A stretch of 43,601 nucleotides of DNA from assembly GCA_964495335.1 (NCBI GenBank), contig CAZBVF010000004.1:1-43601 (forward strand), written 5' to 3'. The notes beneath the pieces were generated by a model. It was not told where the DNA came from. It ran no database searches and saw only the letters and a list, made by a program, of their open reading frames with translations. This document shows positions 1-9,007 of this stretch, one piece after another. Each line of letters begins with the position of its first letter. The first letter of the stretch is position 1. The translations under genes were made by a program, and so were the position numbers. Origin of the DNA: an uncultured Candidatus Saccharibacteria bacterium (GTDB lineage: Bacteria > Patescibacteriota > Minisyncoccia > Minisyncoccales > CAZBVF01).

Positions 1-99
1 TTCTTAAATTTTTTGAAGCAATAGATAAAATTTTAAATATTGTCCCCTTGTTTAGAAAATGGTCGTTTAAAGTAGTTTTTGTTTTTTCAATGCCTAAAA

Positions 100-690
100 A
101 TGATTAAAAGAATTTTTGATATTATATCCTCGATTACAGGACTGACGATAGCTTCTCCCTTGATTTTATTAATTTCAATTTTAATAAAGAAAGAGGATCC
201 GGGTTCTGTTTTTTACAGGGGAAAAAGAGTTGGAAAGAAGGGAAAAATATTTAGAATTTTTAAATTCAGAACAATGGTTCAGAATGCGGATAAAATAGGG
301 GGGCCTTCAACGGCGGGTGATGACCCCCGGCTGACTAAAACAGGGAAGTTTTTGAGAAAATATAATTTAGACGAGATTCCTCAATTAATTAATGTTTTTA
401 AGGGAGAGATGAGTATTGTAGGGCCCAGACCTGATGTTCCCGAAGAGGTTGAAACTTATGGAGAGAAAAAGGATATTATACTCAGCGTAAAGCCCGGGAT
501 GACTGATCTGGCAACTCTTGAGAATATTCATGAAGAAGAAGTTTTGAGAGGCAGTAAAGATCCTCACGAGACTTATCAGAAATTAATAAAACCCAAGAAA
601 TTGAAATTGGCGGTTGAATATGTTAAAAGGAGATCTTTATTTCTAGACCTTAAAATTATTTTGAAGACAATAAAAACAGCAATATTTTAA
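100..690 (+). CDS. Small monotopic phosphoglycosyl transferase (bacterial sugar transferase family, PglC-like)
   Basis: ORF 79..690. Motifs KFRTM, DEIPQL and GEMSIVGPRP are typical of this family, with one N-terminal hydrophobic helix. ATG at 100 preferred over TTG at 79. Confidence 0.85.
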   Translation: MIKRIFDIISSITGLTIASPLILLISILIKKEDPGSVFYRGKRVGKKGKIFRIFKFRTMVQNADKIGGPSTAGDDPRLTKTGKFLRKYNLDEIPQLINVFKGEMSIVGPRPDVPEEVETYGEKKDIILSVKPGMTDLATLENIHEEEVLRGSKDPHETYQKLIKPKKLKLAVEYVKRRSLFLDLKIILKTIKTAIF

Positions 691-718
691 TTGATTCTTC
701 GGGGGTTTTTGTTAAAAT
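691..718 (+). promoter_or_regulatory. Putative sigma70-type promoter (TTGATT-16-TGtTAAAAT) upstream of the E1 alpha gene
   Basis: -35 TTGATT at 691..696, 16-nt spacer, -10 TAAAAT at 713..718 preceded by TGt. Sequence match only. Confidence 0.35.
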
Positions 719-742
719 ATTATATAAGTTAGGATTATTTTT

Positions 743-1723
743 ATGGCTAAAAGAAAGAATAAAGAAGTTTCTTTTAAGGACCTTTTAAGTCTTTATCGGA
801 AAATGGTAAAGATAAGAAAGTTTGAAGAAAAAGTAGGAAGGTTGGTTTTTTCTAAGGAAATAAAAACACCTTGCCATTTGTATATTGGACAAGAAGCAAT
901 AGCTGCAGGAGTTTGTCTCAACCTAAAAAATACTGACTATATTTTCGGAAATCATCGTAATCACGGCCACTTTATAGCTAAGGGCGGTGATATTAAGAAG
1001 CTTGCTTGTGAGATTTTTTGCAAGATATCTGGAACAAGCAAAGGTAAGGGAGGATCTATGCATACGGTGGCTCCCGAAGTTGGTTTTTTAGGAGCAGCTT
1101 CAATAGTTGCAGCCTCTATTCCTATTGCAGTTGGAGCTGGATTGGCATGTCAGATTCAAAAGAAAAGATCAGTTTCTGTTTCTTTTTTCGGAGAAGGAGC
1201 TGTTAGTGAGGGAATTTTTTATGAATCTTTAAATTTCGCGGCTCTTAAGAAGTTGCCGGTAATTTTTGTTTGTGAAAAAAATCTTTATTCCACTCACATG
1301 AGAATAAATCAGATATTAGCTGATACTAGTGTGGTGAAAAAAGCTGAAAGTTTAGGTGTTCCTGGGGTTAAGATTGACGGAAATAATGTCTTTGAAGTTT
1401 ATAGAGTATTTAAAAAATTGATTGAAAAAGTTAAACAAGGAAATGGCCCTGTTTTAATCGAAGCGGAAACTTATAGATATTGCGGCCATGTTGGACCCGA
1501 TGATAATGTCGGAGGAGAGCATACCGATATTAGACCCAGAAAAGAATTTAATTCTTGGAAGTTTCGAGATCCGATAAAAAGACTGGCAAGAAAAATTCCT
1601 ATTGAAAAAAGAGAGAAAATTGGAAAAGAAATTGACAGAGAAATAGAATCAGCTTTTGAGTTTGCTAAAAAAAGTCCCTTTCCTCAAAAATCAGAATTAA
1701 AAAAAGACGTTTTTAAATTATGA
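743..1723 (+). CDS. TPP-dependent 2-oxoacid dehydrogenase E1 component, alpha subunit-like
   Basis: TPP-binding motif region FGEGAVSEG...LPVIFVCEKNLY aligns with GDG-x-NN of PDH/acetoin dehydrogenase E1 alpha. Stop overlaps the next start (ATGA). Confidence 0.8.
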   Translation: MAKRKNKEVSFKDLLSLYRKMVKIRKFEEKVGRLVFSKEIKTPCHLYIGQEAIAAGVCLNLKNTDYIFGNHRNHGHFIAKGGDIKKLACEIFCKISGTSKGKGGSMHTVAPEVGFLGAASIVAASIPIAVGAGLACQIQKKRSVSVSFFGEGAVSEGIFYESLNFAALKKLPVIFVCEKNLYSTHMRINQILADTSVVKKAESLGVPGVKIDGNNVFEVYRVFKKLIEKVKQGNGPVLIEAETYRYCGHVGPDDNVGGEHTDIRPRKEFNSWKFRDPIKRLARKIPIEKREKIGKEIDREIESAFEFAKKSPFPQKSELKKDVFKL

Positions 1724-2694
1724 GAAAAATTTCTTATGGAGAAGCAATAAGAGAGGCTACTTTCCAAGTAATGAAAAAAGATAAAAAAGTCTTTGTGATA
1801 GGACAGGGTGTCTGGTCTCCTTGGTATGTTGGTAAAACATGCGAGGGTTTGGTTGAAAAATTCAAGGAAGAAAGAGTTGTAGACACTCCTGTTTCAGAAG
1901 GAGCGATAACAGGAGCAGCAACAGGAGCAGCTTTAGCTGGCAATAAACCGATTCTTATATTTCCGAGAATGGATTTTATGTATCTGGCTTTGGATCAAAT
2001 TATTAATCAAGCTGCCAACTGGTCTTATATGTTGGGAGGTAAAGTAAGTGTTCCTTTGGTGATTAGAGGGATAATAAACAGAGGAGGAGAACAAGCTGCT
2101 CAGCACTCCCAAGCTATCCAAGCTATATTTGCTCATATTCCAGGCCTTAAAGTTGTAATGCCCTCTACTCCTTATGATGCAAAAGGATTGTTAATCTCTG
2201 CTATAAAAGATAAAAATCCTGTTGTTTATATCGAAGACAGATGGCTTTATTCTCAAGAAGGAGAAGTGCCTAGTAAAATTTACTCTGTTCCAATAGGCAA
2301 GGCAAAGATATCCAGAAAAGGAAAAGACGTAACACTCATTGCTGTTTCTTACATGATTCCGGAAGCGATAAAAGCAGCTCAAGAATTGACTTCAAAGGGA
2401 ATAGAGGTAGAAGTAATAGACTTGAGATCCATTAAGCCTTTAGACAAGAGTCTTATCTCAAAGTCTGTTAAAAAAACAGGTCGTCTAGTGGTGGCTGATG
2501 TTGGATGGCAGAGCTTTGGGATTTCTTCTGAAATAGCCAAAGTAGCTTATCAGGAAACTAAAAATAATTTGAAGTCTCCTGTAAAAATAGTTGCTCTTCC
2601 CGACACTCCGGCTCCGGCCAGTAGTGCTCTAGAAAAATATTATTATCCGAATAAAAATAGTCTTAAAAAAGCAATAAAAAATGTTTTAAAATGA
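1720..2694 (+). CDS. 2-oxoacid dehydrogenase E1 component, beta subunit-like (transketolase pyrimidine-binding + C-terminal domains)
   Basis: 324 aa. DTPVSEGAITGAATGAALAG and PVVYIEDRWLY are typical E1 beta motifs. ATGA overlaps on both sides. Confidence 0.8.
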   Translation: MRKISYGEAIREATFQVMKKDKKVFVIGQGVWSPWYVGKTCEGLVEKFKEERVVDTPVSEGAITGAATGAALAGNKPILIFPRMDFMYLALDQIINQAANWSYMLGGKVSVPLVIRGIINRGGEQAAQHSQAIQAIFAHIPGLKVVMPSTPYDAKGLLISAIKDKNPVVYIEDRWLYSQEGEVPSKIYSVPIGKAKISRKGKDVTLIAVSYMIPEAIKAAQELTSKGIEVEVIDLRSIKPLDKSLISKSVKKTGRLVVADVGWQSFGISSEIAKVAYQETKNNLKSPVKIVALPDTPAPASSALEKYYYPNKNSLKKAIKNVLK

Positions 2695-3818
2695 AAGTTC
2701 CTTTTGTAAATTATCCATTGCAATATAAGTTAATAAAAAAAGAAATAGATGGTGCATTAGAAAGAATTTTAAAAAAAGGGGATTTAATCTTAAGAAAAGA
2801 TGTCCAAGATTTTGAAAAGAAATTTTCTTCTTTTATTGGCAAAAAATATGGTATTGGAGTTGGGTCTTGCACAGATGCTTTATTTCTTTCTCTTTTTGCC
2901 TCTGGTATAGGAAAGGGAGATGAAGTTATAACTGTTTCCCATACTTACGTTGCCACTATTGACACTATTTGGGCTTGCGGGGCGACACCGATTTTAGTTG
3001 ATGTTGGTGATGATATGGAAATGGATGTTGATTTAATAGAAAAAGCAATTACTCCCAAGACCAAGGCAATAGTTCCCGTTTATTTGGATGGTCGAATCTG
3101 CAACATGGAAAGGGTTATGGAAATAGCCAAAAAGTATGATTTGGTGGTAATTGAAGATGCAGCTCAAGCTACTGGTGCTAAATTTAAAGGTAAAAAAGCG
3201 GGATCTTTCGGGCTGACGAGCTGTTTTAGTTTTTATCCTGCAAAAATGCTCGGATCTTACGGGGACGCTGGAATGATCTGCACAGATGATAAGAAATTAG
3301 CCCAAAAGCTTTACCTTTTAAGAGATCACGGAGAACAGCCCGGTTATCTGAGAACCAAGAAAGACAAAGACAAGATTCATTTCTTTGGATTTAACAGCTT
3401 GCTGGACAATATCCAAGCTGCTGTTTTAAATGTTAAGTTGAAGTATCTGCCCGAATGGATAAAAAGAAGAAGAGAGATTGCTTTAATTTACCATGAAAAC
3501 TTAAAGGATGTGAAAGGAATTATCCCACCACCGCCACCAACTGAAAAAGGCCCTTATTTCGATGTTTTTCAAAATTATGTTATTAGAGCCAAAAAGAGGA
3601 ATTCTTTGGAAGAATATTTAGATAAAAAAGGAGTTGAAACTCTTGCTAAATGGAAGATTCCGAATCATCTTCAAAAAGGTTTGGATATAAAGAGATTCCG
3701 TTTGCCAAAAACAGAAGAAATATCAAGAAAAGTTATATCCCTTCCCATGTATCCTGAGTTAACAGACAGTCAAGTTAAGTATGCGGCTAAGTGCGTTAAG
3801 GACTTTTATAAAAAATGA
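2691..3818 (+). CDS. DegT/DnrJ/EryC1/StrS-family PLP-dependent sugar aminotransferase (PglE-like)
   Basis: 375 aa. Motifs GVGSCTDAL, VIEDAAQA, SFYPAKMLG (Lys for PLP) and LRDHG. Confidence 0.85.
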   Translation: MKVPFVNYPLQYKLIKKEIDGALERILKKGDLILRKDVQDFEKKFSSFIGKKYGIGVGSCTDALFLSLFASGIGKGDEVITVSHTYVATIDTIWACGATPILVDVGDDMEMDVDLIEKAITPKTKAIVPVYLDGRICNMERVMEIAKKYDLVVIEDAAQATGAKFKGKKAGSFGLTSCFSFYPAKMLGSYGDAGMICTDDKKLAQKLYLLRDHGEQPGYLRTKKDKDKIHFFGFNSLLDNIQAAVLNVKLKYLPEWIKRRREIALIYHENLKDVKGIIPPPPPTEKGPYFDVFQNYVIRAKKRNSLEEYLDKKGVETLAKWKIPNHLQKGLDIKRFRLPKTEEISRKVISLPMYPELTDSQVKYAAKCVKDFYKK

Positions 3819-5635
3819 TTTCTTTTAACAGAAAAAACATATTATTTTTATTGGGAGACATTTTATTAATTTCTCTTTCTGTTTGGTTTGCTTTTCTTTT
3901 GAGATTTGAAGGGAAAATACCCCAAGAGCATATTATAAATTTATGGGGGATGATTGCTCTTTCTCTTGTTTGTTGTGTTCCTGTTTTTTATTACTTTCAT
4001 CTTTATTCTCTGTCCTGGATTTATATTTCCTTGAGAGATGTTTTGATCTTGTTAAAATCAGTTTTTCTGAGCTTTCTTGTCTCCGGGGCGGGATTGTTTG
4101 TTTTCAGAGATTTGACTGTTTTCTCGGGATTTCCCAGATCAACTTTTATTATCAGCTTTATCTTAATTTTTCTTTTAGCGGGAAGCTCAAGATTTTTGGG
4201 AAGAATTTTTCAAATTTCTTATTCTAAAAAAGGAAAAAAAGAAAAAACTTTAATTGTTGGAGCCGGGGATGCGGGAGAGCAAATTTTAAGAAGCATTTTG
4301 AATTCTGATTCTCCTTATTCCATTGTCGGGTTTATTGATGACAGGGAAGAAGAAAAGGATTTAACTTTTCATGGAGTAAGGGTTCTGGGTAAGATAGAAG
4401 ACATCCCAAGAATAATTAAAGAAAAAGAAATAGAAGGAATAATAATTGCTCTTCCTTCTTTTGAGTCAAAAAAGATAAGAGAATCTGCACGGAAAGGAAG
4501 GGAAAGCGGGGTGAAAAAGATCAAGATAATACCTCCCGTGAGCGAGATTATGAGCGGGGAAGTTTCTTTTAAAAACTTGAAGCCGATTGAAGTGGAAGAT
4601 CTTTTGGGAAGAGATCCTGTTGTCCTTAATTACGAATACATTGAAAAATTTATTTCAGGAAAAACGGTTTTTGTAGCAGGGGGAGCGGGGTCTATAGGTT
4701 CTGTTCTTTCTTTGCAAGTTGCCAAGTTTAATCCTAAAAAATTAATTATTTTAGACAATAACGAAACAGGTGTTTTTGAAACAAGAGAAAAGATTAAATC
4801 GGAATTCCCCGAAGTTGACTTAACAGCGGAAGTTGGAGATATTTGCGATAAAAGAAAAGTTGATTTTCTTTTAGAAAACTTTAAACCGGACATTATTTTC
4901 CATGCTGCTGCTTACAAACATGTTCCTTTAATGGAAGAAGTTCCTGAAGAAGCAGCGAAAGACAATGTTTTTGGAACTCTTAATTTGGCTGAATTGGCCC
5001 AAAAGCACAATGTAAAAAAGTTTGTTTTTATCTCCACGGATAAAGCTGTGAAACCGAATTCTGTCATGGGTTCTTCAAAGAGAGTGGGTGAGAAGATATG
5101 CCGATTTTTAAACGACAGAGGAAGCACCAAATTTATTTCCGTGAGATTTGGAAATGTTCTTGACAGCAGAGGAAGTGTTGTCCCTATCTTCAGAGAACAG
5201 ATAAAGAAAGGGGGTCCTGTTACAGTTACCCATCCGGAAATGAAAAGGTATTTTATGACTATTTCCGAAGCTTCTCTTCTGGTCATGGAAGCGGGAGCGA
5301 TTGGTGAAGGGGGAGAAGTTTTTGTTCTTGATATGGGAAAACCTGTAAAAATTTTGGATTTAGCAAGAGAGATGATAAAACTTCACGGGCTTGAACCCGA
5401 CAAAGACATTCCTATTGTTTTTTCAGGGATGAGACCGGGAGAGAAAATTTTTGAAGAAATTTTAAATGCTGAAGAAGGGGTTGTCTCAACTGAAAGCAAA
5501 AAGATATTTAAAGCGATACTTTCTGGGAAAGACTTGGAAGAGACAAAAGAGTCCTTGGAAGAGTTAAAAAAATCATTGGATAATTTAGACAGGAAAGAAA
5601 TTGTTAATATTTTCAAAAGAATGGTTTCTTATTAA
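3815..5635 (+). CDS. Membrane-anchored nucleotide-sugar 4,6-dehydratase (CapD/PglF-like polysaccharide biosynthesis protein)
   Basis: 606 aa. N-terminal TM helices, two Rossmann motifs (VGAGDAGE, VAGGAGSIGS), and YKHVPLME / STDKAV short-chain dehydratase signature. Confidence 0.85.
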   Translation: MISFNRKNILFLLGDILLISLSVWFAFLLRFEGKIPQEHIINLWGMIALSLVCCVPVFYYFHLYSLSWIYISLRDVLILLKSVFLSFLVSGAGLFVFRDLTVFSGFPRSTFIISFILIFLLAGSSRFLGRIFQISYSKKGKKEKTLIVGAGDAGEQILRSILNSDSPYSIVGFIDDREEEKDLTFHGVRVLGKIEDIPRIIKEKEIEGIIIALPSFESKKIRESARKGRESGVKKIKIIPPVSEIMSGEVSFKNLKPIEVEDLLGRDPVVLNYEYIEKFISGKTVFVAGGAGSIGSVLSLQVAKFNPKKLIILDNNETGVFETREKIKSEFPEVDLTAEVGDICDKRKVDFLLENFKPDIIFHAAAYKHVPLMEEVPEEAAKDNVFGTLNLAELAQKHNVKKFVFISTDKAVKPNSVMGSSKRVGEKICRFLNDRGSTKFISVRFGNVLDSRGSVVPIFREQIKKGGPVTVTHPEMKRYFMTISEASLLVMEAGAIGEGGEVFVLDMGKPVKILDLAREMIKLHGLEPDKDIPIVFSGMRPGEKIFEEILNAEEGVVSTESKKIFKAILSGKDLEETKESLEELKKSLDNLDRKEIVNIFKRMVSY

Positions 5636-5638
5636 TCT

Positions 5639-7642
5639 ATGGGAAAAAAACTACTCAAAATTATAACTTTTTTTGTCTACCTTTCTTTGTTTGCTCCCTT
5701 AATTGTTTCAAACAAGATATTTTTTCCTTATGTTACGCCCAAAACTCTTTTTTTTCTTTTTTGTGCCCAAGTAATCTTTTTTTCTTATCTTTTATTAAAT
5801 CTTTATTCTTCAAGATACAGACCTAAGTTTAATTTATTTTCCTGGGCTCTTGGAATTTTTTTAGTTATTTTTGCTTTGAGCTCATTTTTTGGGATTGATT
5901 TTCAAGAAAGTTTTTGGTCCAAGTATGAAAGAATGACAGGGCTTTTAACAATGCTCCATCTTTTTGGTTTCTTTCTGGTGATTTCCTCTGTTTTCAAAAA
6001 AAAGGAAGATTGGATGAAAATATTCGGTGTCTCTGTCTTTGTGGCAACCCTGATTAGCTTGGGGAGCATTTTAGAGAAAATTGGTATTAATGTTATAGGA
6101 CAGAACTCAAGAGGAGGGTTTACTTTGGGTAATTCTTCTTTTTTGGGCACCTATCTTTTATTTAATTTCTTTTTTGCTTTGTATTTGTTTTTTCAAACAA
6201 ACCCTGATAAATTTTATTCCAATCGATTTAAAGTCTTTAATTTTCTCTCTTTGCTCTCTTCCGGACTAATAGGCCTGACTTTGTGGTTCAGTGAAGCAAG
6301 AGCTGCTCTTTTGTTTACCATTGGAGGTGCTTTTCTTATCTTCCTTTTATGGATGAGTTTCTCCAAGAAAAAGATTTTAAAATATGCAGGGATTTTTCTG
6401 ATGTCAGTTTTGGTTTTAGCTGGTTTGTCGGTCTCATTTCTTTCTTTTTACGACACTTCTTTAATAGAAGATGAGCTTGCTGATAAATTCGGTGATTCTG
6501 CTATAAGGTCAAGGTTTGCTACATGGGAAATGGTTCCAAAGGCTTTAAAAGAAAGACCTTTACTCGGCTGGGGACCAGGTAATTTCGGGATTATTTTCAC
6601 CGAATATTTCAGTCCTAAGTTTTTCACAGAAGAGTATGGAGATGATATTTGGTACGATAAAGCGCATAATGTTGTTTTTGACACTTTAGCTGATTCGGGA
6701 ATCTTGGGGCTTCTCAGCTACCTTTTAATTTTTGTTTCTCTTTTTTACGTTCTCTGGAGATCATATTTTAAGAATAAGGTTGACTTTTGGACTCTTTCTG
6801 TTTTTTCTGCCCTGCCGATCGCTTATCTCATTCAAGATCTTACTGTTTTTGATATGATAAGCTCTTATGCCATGCTTTTCTTGGTTTTCGGGTTTGTGGG
6901 AAGCATTAACGAAAAAGAGAATTCTCCGGAAGAAAACAAAGATTATAGCTCTAAGTCTTTCCTTGTTGTTTTAATTGTTTTGGCTTTCTTCTTTTCTTTT
7001 TTCTTTTCTTTATGGCAACCTGCCAGAAAAGGAAATATGGCAATAAAGGCAATATCTGAAACTCCTTTCTCTGACAAAAAACTTTCTTATTATGAGAAAA
7101 GCATTAATCTTTCTCCTTTAGAACAAGATCAGACAAGAGAGTTTTTCGCCGATTCAACGATTAAATTTTCCCAGCACGAAAATATCTCTCAAGTTCCCGT
7201 GGAGAATGTTAAAAGAGAATTTGATTTTGTTACAGAGGAAATAAAAAAGAGCCTTGAAAGAAATCCTTTAAATTACAAACTAACCTTGAAGTTGGGTAAA
7301 ATCTATAATGCCTATTTTCCTTTTGACAATTCAAAGATAGACGAAGCAGAGAAATATTTTGAAAAAGCTATTGAATTGAGCCCCAACAATCAACAAGGCT
7401 ATTGGAATCTGGCCCAAACAAAGCTTTTCAAAAAAGAAGTTAAAGAAGCCCTTGCTTTAACAAAAAAGGCAGTTGAACTGGAACCGAATGTTTTAAGATC
7501 TCACCTTGTTTCAATCCAAGTGGCAAGATATACGGAAGATCTTGAGACTATAAAAGAAAAAGTTGAAAACGCTCTTTCAGTAAATCCCGACTGGGAAGAA
7601 GATATAGCTGAAGTTATAGATGTTTCTTCGGAAGAAAATTAA
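5639..7642 (+). CDS. Polytopic O-antigen ligase/polymerase-like (Wzy_C) membrane protein with C-terminal TPR repeats
   Basis: 667 aa with more than 10 hydrophobic segments. Loop motif RPLLGWGPGNFG...DKAHNVVFDTLADSGILGL. C-terminal TPR-like AEKYFEKAIELSPNNQQGYWNLA repeats. Confidence 0.7.
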   Translation: MGKKLLKIITFFVYLSLFAPLIVSNKIFFPYVTPKTLFFLFCAQVIFFSYLLLNLYSSRYRPKFNLFSWALGIFLVIFALSSFFGIDFQESFWSKYERMTGLLTMLHLFGFFLVISSVFKKKEDWMKIFGVSVFVATLISLGSILEKIGINVIGQNSRGGFTLGNSSFLGTYLLFNFFFALYLFFQTNPDKFYSNRFKVFNFLSLLSSGLIGLTLWFSEARAALLFTIGGAFLIFLLWMSFSKKKILKYAGIFLMSVLVLAGLSVSFLSFYDTSLIEDELADKFGDSAIRSRFATWEMVPKALKERPLLGWGPGNFGIIFTEYFSPKFFTEEYGDDIWYDKAHNVVFDTLADSGILGLLSYLLIFVSLFYVLWRSYFKNKVDFWTLSVFSALPIAYLIQDLTVFDMISSYAMLFLVFGFVGSINEKENSPEENKDYSSKSFLVVLIVLAFFFSFFFSLWQPARKGNMAIKAISETPFSDKKLSYYEKSINLSPLEQDQTREFFADSTIKFSQHENISQVPVENVKREFDFVTEEIKKSLERNPLNYKLTLKLGKIYNAYFPFDNSKIDEAEKYFEKAIELSPNNQQGYWNLAQTKLFKKEVKEALALTKKAVELEPNVLRSHLVSIQVARYTEDLETIKEKVENALSVNPDWEEDIAEVIDVSSEEN

Positions 7643-7647
7643 AGCAC

Positions 7648-7676
7648 TTGACATTTTTGATTTAATTTGGTAAGAT
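7648..7676 (+). promoter_or_regulatory. Near-consensus sigma70 promoter (TTGACA-17-TGgTAAGAT)
   Basis: -35 TTGACA at 7648..7653, 17-nt spacer, extended -10 TGg + TAAGAT at 7671..7676. Predicted start near 7683. Confidence 0.5.
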
Positions 7677-7682
7677 GCTGGC

Positions 7683-7764
7683 AGTGAGCGTTTCCGATAT
7701 TTTATCGGAACTCCATTCTTAAGTCGGCGAAAGACCTCCCTCGAGCGAGGTCTTTTGCTTTTTT
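7683..7764 (+). ncRNA. Candidate ~80-nt small RNA or attenuating leader (promoter, 7-bp hairpin, intrinsic terminator)
   Basis: Hairpin TTCCGAT/ATCGGAA (7692..7710). Terminator stem AAGACCTC/GAGGTCTT (7731..7754) followed by TTGCTTTTTT. No ORF. Family unknown. Confidence 0.3.
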
Positions 7765-7789
7765 AAACTCTTTTATATATAATAAAACT

Positions 7790-7852
7790 GAGCTGGGAGT
7801 TGTGCTCACTAAAGACTTAGAATTGGAGATAACTCTCCCAGCTCATTTTTTT
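7790..7852 (+). terminator. Second terminator-like structure or leader hairpin just upstream of the murB RBS
   Basis: 10-bp stem GAGCTGGGAG (7790..7799) / CTCCCAGCTC (7835..7844) enclosing 35 nt, followed by ATTTTTTT. It lies inside the spurious N-terminal extension of ORF 7802. Confidence 0.35.
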
Positions 7853-7864
7853 AAAAAAGAGGAG

Positions 7865-8758
7865 ATGAAAAAAGAAGATATTAAAAAAGTTTTTCCTCAT
7901 ATAAGATTCAATGTTTCTTTGGCAGAATACACCACATTTAAGATAGGAGGGATTGCGGATTATTTTCTTGAAGTGGAAAACAAAGAAAAATTAAAAGAAT
8001 CTGTTCTTTGGGCAAGAGATAATAATCTGCCCTTTTTTATTTTGTCCGGGGGAAGCAATGTTCTTTTCTCTGACAAAGGATACAGGGGTCTTGTTATTAA
8101 GACCGGAAAAGGGAAAATTAATTTCAAAGAAGAGAAAATTATTTCTTTCAGCGGAAATCTTTTAAGAGATATTATTTCTTTTTCTTTGAAAGAAGGATTG
8201 ACAGGCCTTGAGTGGTCTTGCGGGATCCCCGGGAGCATTGGGGGAGCAGTTTTTGGGAATGCCGGTGCTTTTGATTCTTCGATAAAAGATTCTGTTTTGG
8301 AAGTTGAAGCCTTGGACCTTGAAACAAAAAAGATAAAAAAGTTTAAAAACAAAGAATGCCTTTTTGGTTACAGGGAAAGTCTTTTTAAAAAAAACAATTA
8401 TGTAATTTTGGAAGTCGTTTTGAAATTAAAAAAAGAGAAAAAAGAAATTATTGAAGAGAATATAAATAGTTTTTTAAAAAAGAGAAAAGAAAAACAACCT
8501 CTCGGTAATTTTTCTGCTGGTTCTGTTTTTAAAAACGAGAAAGGAGTTTCTGCTGGATTTTTAATAGAGAAATGCGGACTGAAAGGAAAAAGAATCGGGA
8601 ACGCTGTCATTTCTCAAAAACATGCAAACTTTATCTTGAATCTGGGAAAAGCAAAAGCAAAGGAGGTTAAAGAATTAATAGAAATTGCAAAAAAAGAAGT
8701 GAAAAAAAAGTTTGGAATTGACCTGAAAGAAGAAATTATTTTAATTGGAGATTTTTAA
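7865..8758 (+). CDS. murB: UDP-N-acetylenolpyruvoylglucosamine reductase
   Basis: SLAEYTTFKIGG, ILSGGSNVL and GSVFKN motifs. ATG at 7865 has the RBS AAGAGGAG directly upstream. The GTG at 7802 would translate through a hairpin. Confidence 0.9.
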   Translation: MKKEDIKKVFPHIRFNVSLAEYTTFKIGGIADYFLEVENKEKLKESVLWARDNNLPFFILSGGSNVLFSDKGYRGLVIKTGKGKINFKEEKIISFSGNLLRDIISFSLKEGLTGLEWSCGIPGSIGGAVFGNAGAFDSSIKDSVLEVEALDLETKKIKKFKNKECLFGYRESLFKKNNYVILEVVLKLKKEKKEIIEENINSFLKKRKEKQPLGNFSAGSVFKNEKGVSAGFLIEKCGLKGKRIGNAVISQKHANFILNLGKAKAKEVKELIEIAKKEVKKKFGIDLKEEIILIGDF

Positions 8759-8820
8759 TCTTGACAATATTTTTTAAAATGAAAAAATGAAGTAATATTT
8801 GTTAATAATTTTGTCTGCTT

Positions 8821-8870
8821 TAGGGCAGGCAGGCGAACAGAGGAGGCCGACTGTTTGCCCTATCATTTTT
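8821..8870 (+). terminator. GC-rich interrupted hairpin plus T-run (murB terminator or 5' structure of the downstream unit)
   Basis: TAGGGCA (8821..8827) pairs with TGCCCTA (8856..8862). Inner stem AACAG/CTGTT, loop AGGAGGCCGA, then TCATTTTT. Confidence 0.45.
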
Positions 8871-8882
8871 GAGAATAAAAAA

Positions 8883-8993
8883 ATGCCAAAAAAGAAAACA
8901 ACAAAAAAGAAAACCGCAACGAGAAAGCCCGTAAAGAAAAAAACTGCAAAGAAGAAGACAGCGAAAAGAAAACCTGCAAAGAAAAAGAAATAG
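8883..8993 (+). CDS. Possible 36-aa lysine-rich, histone H1-tail-like basic peptide
   Basis: MPKKKTTKKKTATRKPVKKKTAKKKTAKRKPAKKKK. The tract is purine-rich and T-poor, so an open frame is weak evidence on its own. No SD upstream. Confidence 0.3.
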   Translation: MPKKKTTKKKTATRKPVKKKTAKKKTAKRKPAKKKK

Positions 8994-9007
8994 GTTTTTA
9001 ACAAGAT

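Noticed and set aside
4912-5286. Antisense or alternate-frame ORFs of 60-164 aa inside strong genes. Examples: 385..567, 1734..2382, 3943..4227, 4630..5616, 5902..6684, 7960..8610, 30763..31182, 32484..32978, 35083..35831, 39302..39571, 40599..40886, 42719..42952
   Set aside because: All are embedded in longer ORFs with clear family signatures. Their compositions mirror the sense strand and none has independent signals.
7683-7764. Possible SRP (4.5S) RNA, 6S RNA or a known riboswitch
   Set aside because: I could not find the SRP domain IV motifs (GNAR tetraloop with flanking AGCA/GGAA-type loops). The element is too short for 6S RNA, and no known riboswitch core is recognisable. It is kept only as an unclassified candidate.
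7802-7864. N-terminal extensions suggested by the ORF track (murB GTG at 7802; also 25846 for rpsD, 27760 for rplM, 19263 for the glutaredoxin, 79 for the transferase, 41242 for the endonuclease)
   Set aside because: Internal ATGs sit right after the upstream stop or an RBS and restore canonical protein N-termini. The extensions overlap upstream genes or RNA hairpins.
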